Assembly (NCBI GenBank): GCA_943359525.1
Contig: CALRHV010000003.1
Span: 521-64,520 of the forward strand
Reading direction: 5' to 3'
Length of the DNA stretch: 64,000 nt
DNA from: Candidatus Uhrbacteria bacterium
GTDB lineage: Bacteria > Patescibacteriota > Patescibacteriia > UBA9934
How positions within the stretch are numbered: position 1 is the first letter of the stretch; each line of letters begins with the position of its first letter. Positions 56,964-64,000 of this stretch are shown here, in pieces. The translations under genes and the position numbers were made by a program. The notes under the pieces were generated by a model that was not told the origin of the DNA, searched no databases, and saw only the letters and a list, made by a program, of their open reading frames with translations.

Positions 56964-57887
56964 ATGAAAAAATCACTTGTCACTGGCGGCTCTGGTTTTA
57001 TCGGTTCCCATCTTGTGGATACCTTGGTCGATCGCGGCGACATTGTTACCGTCGTCGATCTCGTTGAGCCAGCGCCAGATCGGCGAAATGCGAAGGCCAC
57101 CTACATTCTTTGCGATATTCGCGATCGGAAGCTTGAACAGATCGTGGTCGATGTCGCACCCGAAATCGTTTTCCATCTTGCAGCACACATCGACGACCGC
57201 GCATCCGTTCTTGATCCAATGATGAACGCCGAACACAACGAACTTGGGTCAATTAACGTATTTGAATCCGCAAAACGCGCCGGTGCTTCATCTATTATTT
57301 TTGCATCAAGCTGTGCGGCGTACGGATTGCCAGAGGCGATTCCCGTAAAAGAATCCGCAGCAGTCCACCCGCAAACTCCATACGGTATTTCGAAGTTCGC
57401 TGCGGAGGCGTACCTCAATTCTTATGCGATCCGATACGGGATTCACGCCGTGTCACTTCGATTCGCGAATGTGTACGGCCCGCGACAATACGGCAATAAA
57501 GAAGCAGGTGCGATTGCGATTTTTACGGAAAAGTTGTTGCACGGTGAATCCCCATTTTTGAATGGGGATGGAACAACAACGCGAGATTACGTCTTCGTGC
57601 ACGATATTGTTGCGGCATTGATTGCGGCGTCGGCTAGTACGGAATCCGGTGTGTACAATGTAGGAACTGGACGGGAAGTGTCCACGAACGCATTGTTTAA
57701 AATGATCGCTGGAGAGCTTGGCACGGATATTCTGTCAACGCCTCGCCCCGAAGTGAAAGATGCGGTGACGCGAATGAGCCTGGATACAGCAACGATTCGA
57801 AAAGCGATGTTTTGGCAGTCGACGGTAGAGCTTGAAGAGGGAATTCGTGAAACTATTGCCTGGTATCGGGAGTTTCTGAAGATGTGA
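56964..57887 (+). CDS. NAD-dependent epimerase/dehydratase (GalE/UDP-sugar 4-epimerase-like SDR)
   Basis: Rossmann 'VTGGSGFIGSHLV', catalytic 'YGISKFAAE' (YxxxK). Confidence 0.8.
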   Translation: MKKSLVTGGSGFIGSHLVDTLVDRGDIVTVVDLVEPAPDRRNAKATYILCDIRDRKLEQIVVDVAPEIVFHLAAHIDDRASVLDPMMNAEHNELGSINVFESAKRAGASSIIFASSCAAYGLPEAIPVKESAAVHPQTPYGISKFAAEAYLNSYAIRYGIHAVSLRFANVYGPRQYGNKEAGAIAIFTEKLLHGESPFLNGDGTTTRDYVFVHDIVAALIAASASTESGVYNVGTGREVSTNALFKMIAGELGTDILSTPRPEVKDAVTRMSLDTATIRKAMFWQSTVELEEGIRETIAWYREFLKM

Positions 57888-58660
57888 AAAAGTCTTACGG
57901 CCAACATTTCCTCCACGACAAGAACATCATTGCAAAGATTGTTGGTGCGGTTTCGGTTGAGCCTGGTGAGCTTTTAATCGAGGTTGGCCCTGGCGCCGGG
58001 GCGTTGACTGAAGGCCTCGCCGATCTTGCCGTGGGAGCGATGACGCTCATCGAAGCCGATCGAGACCTCATTCCTTCCCTCCGCGATCGGTTTCCTCACG
58101 CAGAAATCGTTCAAGCCGATGCGGCATTGGTTGATTACGATGCTCTCACTCACGATCGACCATGGGTTTTCGTTAGTAATCTTCCGTACAACGCCGGAAA
58201 TGCGATTCTTGAGAAAGTCTTTACCTCGAAGAATCCGCCACGCCAGCTCGTGGTAATGGTTCAGAAGGAAGTAGGGGAGCGCATGATGGCAAAAGCCGGG
58301 GAAATGAGCGTGCTCTCTGTTGCAACGCAGCTGTATTGCGACGTTGAGCGTTTGTTTATCGTCAAACCCGGTGCATTTATTCCTCCGCCAAAGGTGGACT
58401 CGATTGTGCTTCGGATGACTACAAAAGTCGGAGGCTCCGATCGCGAACCCATCATCGCACTCGCGAAAATCGGTTTTGCCCATCGCCGTAAACAGCTCAG
58501 GCAAACCCTCGCGCAGGCAAACGTCGCCGATCTTGTAGCGATCGATTCCGCAATCGAATTCATCGGATTTCCAAAAACCGTCCGTCCACAGGAGTTGCGA
58601 ACAGAAGATTGGATGAAGTTATATTCCGTCTTTGCGAGCATAGCGAAGCAATCTAGGTGA
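57884..58660 (+). CDS. rsmA: 16S rRNA (adenine1518/1519-N6)-dimethyltransferase
   Basis: 'SYGQHFL' N-terminus, 'EVGPGAGALT' SAM motif, 'NLPYN' catalytic motif. Confidence 0.85.
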   Translation: MKKSYGQHFLHDKNIIAKIVGAVSVEPGELLIEVGPGAGALTEGLADLAVGAMTLIEADRDLIPSLRDRFPHAEIVQADAALVDYDALTHDRPWVFVSNLPYNAGNAILEKVFTSKNPPRQLVVMVQKEVGERMMAKAGEMSVLSVATQLYCDVERLFIVKPGAFIPPPKVDSIVLRMTTKVGGSDREPIIALAKIGFAHRRKQLRQTLAQANVADLVAIDSAIEFIGFPKTVRPQELRTEDWMKLYSVFASIAKQSR

Positions 58661-58861
58661 ACTTGATTGCCGCGTCGGGATTACCCTCCTCGCAATGACG
58701 GAGGCTCTGAACACATCCGTGTTCCTGTGTATACACGGGAAGTGTTCACCCCCTATCGATGATATACTTTACGAAGCGACAAGGGCTTTCTCATTTGAGA
58801 CTATTTTCGATGAACAAGGAACAAAGTTCGCGAGACGTACTTCTCGGTACGACGAGCGAAT

Positions 58862-59653
58862 TTGCGACGCAGTGAGTCGAAAAGAGGCCAAATGAGGAAG
58901 ACCGCGATATTGCGTATGGCGGAGGGAGAAAGAATCATCATCACGCGAAAAAAAGCCGTCCTGAACCGCGAACAAAAAACGGGGTTGGGTATGGTGGTCG
59001 GCTTTGGGTCGCTTGCACTCGTTTTTGGAGTGTTTTTCCTGTGGAAGCACATTGCTTCCCCATTTGTGATTTCGTACGTTGGTCCGAAGTTTCTCACTGG
59101 CGACGAAAAGGAACAGCAAGAAATGGAAACGCTCAAGAAGCAGGATACAGATGCCGATGGTCTCGATGACTACAGCGAGCTGTACATTTACAAGACGAGC
59201 CCGTACCTCAAGGATTCCGATAGCGACGGCGCGGAGGACAAAACGGAGATTTCTCAAGGTGAAGATCCAAATTGTGCACCAAACATGCCTTGCGCAACAG
59301 CCGCAGCAGATACGGTGAACCCGGAAACACTTAAAGGTACTTTCGCGGAACAGATTGCAGCAGAGGCTGGAGCAACGCCAGCTCCTGAGGCGCCAGCAAC
59401 ATCGGTGGATATTCAGGCTACGCTCGCAGCAATGACGACAGACCAAATCCGAACATTGCTCATTCAGGCCGGTGGCGACACAGCGGTGATCAATGCACTT
59501 TCCGACGACGATCTTCGTGCGGCATTAGCACAGGCCATTACACAGATGCAGGTTGAGGATGCGGCAACTGCTGACGCTTCGGCTTCTGCTGGGTCTGCAC
59601 CATCGGACACCGCAGATACAACGGAAGATTCCACTCAAACCACACAGGAATAG
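58862..59653 (+). CDS. membrane-anchored protein with thrombospondin-type-3-like DxDxDG calcium-binding repeats and Ala/Thr/Asp-rich tail
   Basis: TM 'GMVVGFGSLALVFGVFFLW'; 'DTDADGLDDYSE' and 'DSDSDGAEDKTE'. Confidence 0.45.
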   Translation: MRRSESKRGQMRKTAILRMAEGERIIITRKKAVLNREQKTGLGMVVGFGSLALVFGVFFLWKHIASPFVISYVGPKFLTGDEKEQQEMETLKKQDTDADGLDDYSELYIYKTSPYLKDSDSDGAEDKTEISQGEDPNCAPNMPCATAAADTVNPETLKGTFAEQIAAEAGATPAPEAPATSVDIQATLAAMTTDQIRTLLIQAGGDTAVINALSDDDLRAALAQAITQMQVEDAATADASASAGSAPSDTADTTEDSTQTTQE

Positions 59654-59656
59654 CGT

Positions 59657-62600
59657 ATGAAGGATCGCTTTCGAAAATTTGGTGCCACGGCGTTGCTCAT
59701 GCTCGCGACGTTTACGTTTTCGTCTGCAGCCTTGTTTACGCCAAAAACAGCATACGCAGTGCCAACAGAAATTGTTGGCGATGCTCCGCGTATTACGGAA
59801 TGGATTTTGAGCGCACTGAAGTATCTTGGCCAAACCGCATTGATCGCTTCTGTTTCTACTGCGATGATTAATACCGTGACGTACGCCACGGACCGTTTAG
59901 CATACGACGCCGCGGTATACATTGCCGCGGGTGGCAATGGAGAGGATCCGTTGTTTGATAATCGCACTGCGGGTGATTATTTCGCCGACTACGGCGCATC
60001 CGTCGCCGGAGAAGCACTCGGCGCCATTGACGACACGGGAATCCTTGGAAACTTTAGTTTGTGTGAACCAAGCGCTTCTGGTGTAACGCTCGCATTCAAA
60101 TTTGGTATTCAGAGCGCGTTTAGTCGGCCGGAGCCAGAGTGTAAATGGAACGAAGTCTCAGAAAACTGGGGAGGCTTTCTCAGTAGTGTTGCATCCATGG
60201 CGGAGGATCCTTTTGGAAAGAACTCTCTCATCACTGCAAAGCTTGCGGACATGTATAACCCAAAGTCCAGCGATCTTTCGGTTGGTATTCAGTTGTATAG
60301 CGATGTACTGAACAAGGCACGTACTGATGCGGCAAATAATACGTTGCGCGAAATGTTCAGTGGATTCTTTAAATCGAAGACGAATTTCATTACGGGAAAA
60401 GTTGAAACACCGGCGGAACTTATCCAGAAACGATTGGACGCAACAATGATGGCTTCCGACAGTATCCGGAATCAGATTGCCGTACAGGCACTCGGCGACA
60501 AGGAAGTGTTGCTGCAAATCGCGAAACACGCCGGATCTGTTTTTACAAACACGCTGCTCTCAAAGGTGACGGAAAAGTTGTATGACGGTTTGTTTGGCGG
60601 GCTTGATCAGACGGCTATCGACCCGTTCAATATTGACGGTGTTGGAACGAGCAATTCGGAAGACGCACGTCAGTCGTTCCGAAGTTTCTTAACCGCCGTA
60701 CCGCTGTCTGTAGAAAATTACAGTCAGCTCCAGGAATTTAGCGCGTGTCCGTCGCAGGGGAAGAGTTTGTATAACTGTGTTGCGGATTCGTCTTTGGTTT
60801 CTGCGGTGAGCCGTGCGGATTCCGGTATTCCCATGACTGTTGCTGAGGCCATTGAGGAGGGATTGTTGAATGGTTCGTGGCCGCTCATTTCATCAGCGGA
60901 CAGCGCCAGGGATCAGGATCAATTCTGCTACACGTACGGATATTGTCATGGAAACCTGGTGAAACTCAGGAAGGCTCGTATCATTTCTACAGGATGGGAA
61001 CTGGCAGCAGAATCGAATGCGAATAGCGAGAACAGTCCGGTTACACTTGGTGAAGTGGTAAGCGCATTTAATGACTGTAACGATCAGGGCGAACTGGACG
61101 ACAATCATCCGTGGTGTCACTTGATTGATCCAAACTGGGTGCTGAAGTATCCGGAAACACAATGCAAGGCGTTGGTGTACGGCGAACAGCTTGTTGCGTC
61201 GGTGACCGATGAGCGCCAGGATATTTGTGTAGACATGCCGAGCTGTATTGATGAGGACGGCGACGGAAACTGTACTGGTGGATACGGCTACTGTGTTCGC
61301 GAGGAAAACGTGTGGCGTTTCCGCGGAGAAGAATGTCCGGACTATTACGCATCGTGTACCACATACGAAGATCCAAATGGGGAAAACTTCGATTTCCTTT
61401 CGAACACCACAAATTCCGACAACTGTACCGCGGATTCCGTGGGGTGTTTGTGGTATGCAACGCAGAAGGAAGATGATGATTTTGTGGCTGTCGCAGACAC
61501 AGCAGACGACATCTATAAAAATCGCATCTACTTCACGTCGGAAGTCGCGGACTGTGAATCGGACGACGCCGGATGTAAGGAGTTGGTTTCTCGCACAGAC
61601 GGTGTGACGCTCAACATGATTGGTAATCCATCATTTGAGGACGATACAGACGATGACGGTGTTCCAGATGGATGGGTTGTTACAGGAACAAGCGGGGAAT
61701 ACAGCACCGACTCGTCGGTGATGCTCGACGGATCCGATGCGGTGAATCCTGGAAGCGGAAACAGTTATTCCCAGCAGGGCATTGTGTTGTCGCAGGGTGC
61801 GGAGTACACGTTGTCATTTTATGCGGCGCAATCCTCAAGCGGCGCAACAACTGGTGCATGGATCGCTCTTAATACAAATGTTGCTGAAACAGTTGATTTC
61901 GGTGGCTTCGCCATTGACGGCGACTGCGCGATGTACTCCAACACCAACGAGCTCGGATTCCTCACAAGCGCGCCAACAGGCACCGACTATGAGCGCTATT
62001 CCTGTACGTTTACTGTTCCGGTGCTTTCCGATACTGGTGCAGAAATCACTGCAACCGTTTTGGTGACGGCCTCCGATCTTTGGTACGACGAGATGCAGCT
62101 TGAACAAGAATCGTCTGCGTCGGAATATCACGAAGGCTACAGTAGTACCACGCTCGACTTGGCATATGTGAAGGTTGCGCCGGCGTACCTTGGTTGTACT
62201 GGCGACAGTACAACCGACGCCGCGAACTGTGCGGACTACGCCACGATGTGTTCGGAAACCGACGTTGGATGCTCGCTCTACACACCAACAAACGGGGATC
62301 CTTCTGTTGCCGGAATTACCGACAGCCTTGATGTATGTCCAGAGTCGTGTGTGGGATACGACACGTTTAAGCAGGAGGCAACGCTCTACGAACCGGACGG
62401 TGATTTCCCAATCTATTTCATTCCAGATACCGCCGAAGCATGTTCGGCACAGGCGGTTGGTTGCGACGAATTTACTGACATCACAACGGAAGCCGCGTCG
62501 TACTTTACGAATCTCCGTGCATGTTTGACGGGCGATCAAGCCGACCTTAATGCCGCAGGAGAAGATCAGGCTGCCGTATTTTATACATGGGAAGGGTCGG

Positions 62601-64000
62601 ACACCGATGGATATCAGCTCAAAACTTGGAATTTGGTGGAGTCGGACATAAGTTCAGTTTATGCTCCGTTGGCGTATTCGGGTAGCGGAGAGGACGACGA
62701 CGCGCCACAGTCTGCGCCATGTACACGTTGGTCGGCGACGGCAACGGGAATTACGTGTAACGACGACTCGGTGACTGCTGGAAAGCTTGATTCTGATAGC
62801 GAGTATTGCGACGAGCACGACGACACCATTACCAATCCGGACTGCCGCGAATTCTACGACGCAAGCGGAATTATTCACTACCGATCGTGGTCGAAAACGA
62901 TTACGGTGAGCAATTCGTGTGTGACGTATCGAAAAACAAGTATTGTTGGAGCCGATGCCACAACGCAAGAAGCGAACTGCACTGGATCTGGTGGATATTA
63001 CGATTCAAGCACCGCAGAATGTCGCTACTACGGATTTACCAATGAAAGCACGACGTGTTCGGAAAGCGAATCTGGATGTCGCGAATACACCGGAGGACGA
63101 AGCCGTAACAGCCGCCAAGCGCTCACGGAATACTTCGAGGATGGCGATCTCACAAACTGGGACGCGGCGAGCGCAACAGACGTCACGCTTTCAAATGAGT
63201 CGATTGCAACAGACGGACACTCGTTGTCTTCGGTTGGTGAATCGGTCTGGACGTATGTTGGAGCGCAAGCAGCAACAGCAGTATGTGCGGAATCGGTTAC
63301 CGATGCAGGATGTGCGAGCGTTGACGGATCACTTGGCGGAAGCTGCACTATCAGTAATGGTGAATATTATTGCGGTACGTTGAACGAGGAGCTCTTTGCC
63401 GATAAAACATATACGATCTCGTTCTGGGCAAAGGGAACGGGAGCACTCATGGTTGGATTCGATACGGCGGTTGAAATCAATGCTGTCGGGAATGGCACTG
63501 GCGCTGTCGACGCATCATTCTTTGCAACAGCCATCGAACTCGATACGGACTGGAACGAATACTCGTACGGACCGCTGGACATGAATAGCACAACGTATCC
63601 AAGCTTCGGCGGCGGATCGTCCGCACTCGTCTTTACGCCTGGATCGTCGAGTGACACTTTCTTTATCGACAATGTGGTGCTTCGCGAGGGTGAAGACAAT
63701 ATCGATGTCATTAAAGATTCTTGGGTAACGCCAGCGGCATGCGACGAAACTGCGGAGGGCACGTCGTCGCCGCAATACATGCTTGGTTGTCAGGAATACA
63801 CAGATCAGAATGGCGACGTGTCCAATCTGAAGAGCTTCAGTTCGCTATGTGAGGAATCCCAAGTTGGGTGTTCCGCGTACTTCCTTACGCAAGAATCCGA
63901 CGCAACAACTGCGGCGGTGTACGGCGGATACTGCAGCACGATTGACGGCGCAGTAGCGACGTCGGCAACGGCGTGTTACTACGCGCTCGATAGTGCTGAA
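59657..64000 (+). CDS. giant Cys-rich secreted protein (>1,440 aa), 3'-truncated by the window end
   Basis: I translated this frame by hand from the ATG at 59657 to the window end without meeting a stop; the track lists no + ORF here because no stop exists inside the window; signal peptide 'ALLMLATFTFSSAALFTPKTAYA'; dozens of Cys; acidic DxD clusters. Confidence 0.6.
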   Translation, partial: MKDRFRKFGATALLMLATFTFSSAALFTPKTAYAVPTEIVGDAPRITEWILSALKYLGQTALIASVSTAMINTVTYATDRLAYDAAVYIAAGGNGEDPLFDNRTAGDYFADYGASVAGEALGAIDDTGILGNFSLCEPSASGVTLAFKFGIQSAFSRPEPECKWNEVSENWGGFLSSVASMAEDPFGKNSLITAKLADMYNPKSSDLSVGIQLYSDVLNKARTDAANNTLREMFSGFFKSKTNFITGKVETPAELIQKRLDATMMASDSIRNQIAVQALGDKEVLLQIAKHAGSVFTNTLLSKVTEKLYDGLFGGLDQTAIDPFNIDGVGTSNSEDARQSFRSFLTAVPLSVENYSQLQEFSACPSQGKSLYNCVADSSLVSAVSRADSGIPMTVAEAIEEGLLNGSWPLISSADSARDQDQFCYTYGYCHGNLVKLRKARIISTGWELAAESNANSENSPVTLGEVVSAFNDCNDQGELDDNHPWCHLIDPNWVLKYPETQCKALVYGEQLVASVTDERQDICVDMPSCIDEDGDGNCTGGYGYCVREENVWRFRGEECPDYYASCTTYEDPNGENFDFLSNTTNSDNCTADSVGCLWYATQKEDDDFVAVADTADDIYKNRIYFTSEVADCESDDAGCKELVSRTDGVTLNMIGNPSFEDDTDDDGVPDGWVVTGTSGEYSTDSSVMLDGSDAVNPGSGNSYSQQGIVLSQGAEYTLSFYAAQSSSGATTGAWIALNTNVAETVDFGGFAIDGDCAMYSNTNELGFLTSAPTGTDYERYSCTFTVPVLSDTGAEITATVLVTASDLWYDEMQLEQESSASEYHEGYSSTTLDLAYVKVAPAYLGCTGDSTTDAANCADYATMCSETDVGCSLYTPTNGDPSVAGITDSLDVCPESCVGYDTFKQEATLYEPDGDFPIYFIPDTAEACSAQAVGCDEFTDITTEAASYFTNLRACLTGDQADLNAAGEDQAAVFYTWEGSDTDGYQLKTWNLVESDISSVYAPLAYSGSGEDDDAPQSAPCTRWSATATGITCNDDSVTAGKLDSDSEYCDEHDDTITNPDCREFYDASGIIHYRSWSKTITVSNSCVTYRKTSIVGADATTQEANCTGSGGYYDSSTAECRYYGFTNESTTCSESESGCREYTGGRSRNSRQALTEYFEDGDLTNWDAASATDVTLSNESIATDGHSLSSVGESVWTYVGAQAATAVCAESVTDAGCASVDGSLGGSCTISNGEYYCGTLNEELFADKTYTISFWAKGTGALMVGFDTAVEINAVGNGTGAVDASFFATAIELDTDWNEYSYGPLDMNSTTYPSFGGGSSALVFTPGSSSDTFFIDNVVLREGEDNIDVIKDSWVTPAACDETAEGTSSPQYMLGCQEYTDQNGDVSNLKSFSSLCEESQVGCSAYFLTQESDATTAAVYGGYCSTIDGAVATSATACYYALDSAE

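Noticed and set aside
1-64000. CRISPR arrays, rRNA genes, transposases or integrases
   Set aside because: I scanned for short regularly spaced direct repeats and for 16S/23S-like conserved strings and found none. No ORF had DDE-transposase or tyrosine-recombinase motifs. The only repeat families found are the three 3' modules, the 135-nt duplicated element and the groES-upstream inverted repeats.

Overview
The window looks like a compact bacterial chromosome segment, and my guess from the gene content (FemAB, DUF4012, DUF11 repeat protein, many small membrane proteins, giant Cys-rich secreted proteins) is a Patescibacteria/CPR-like organism. Housekeeping genes recognised from diagnostic motifs are ruvA, tdk, trpS, valS, tyrS, argS, rplS, secG, nusA, yidC, groES/groEL, prfB, rsmA, rluD, a CCA-adding enzyme and an NrnA-like DHH phosphoesterase. 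There is a cell-envelope glycan cluster at about 4.4-13.7 kb made of three GT4 glycosyltransferases, a DUF4012 protein, a DUF11 surface protein and a priming sugar-phosphotransferase. A second envelope island holds a flippase-like protein, an O-antigen-ligase-like protein and an epimerase. I hand-folded six tRNAs: Leu-CAG, Ile-UAU, Val-GAC, Ala-GGC, Val-UAC and Leu-GAG. Two DsbA loci are present, one coupled to a Cys-rich two-TM secreted protein and one paired with VKOR. A RelE/ParE toxin-antitoxin pair, a free-standing LAGLIDADG homing endonuclease wedged into a tRNA cluster, and a >1,440-aa Cys-rich secreted protein running off the window end are also present. The most unusual structures are these. 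(1) Three tandem, highly divergent paralogs each carry a nearly identical roughly 70-nt 3' module containing a UUCG-looped terminator, inserted between nrnA and valS. (2) A roughly 135-nt element with a covarying palindrome is duplicated at two loci about 12 kb apart, in one case next to a decayed tRNA-Val copy and a GC-rich island. (3) A pair of roughly 75-bp inverted repeats flanks 285 bp upstream of groES. (4) About 500 nt of noncoding sequence follows groEL and ends in a terminator. Base composition is visibly mosaic, with GC-rich patches at tdk, 14.3-16.0 kb, 29.6-31.6 kb and 42-44 kb, and AT-rich patches at the homing endonuclease and the Cys-rich gene. No CRISPR array, rRNA or transposase was seen. 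Coordinates of hand-mapped features may be off by 1-2 nt.
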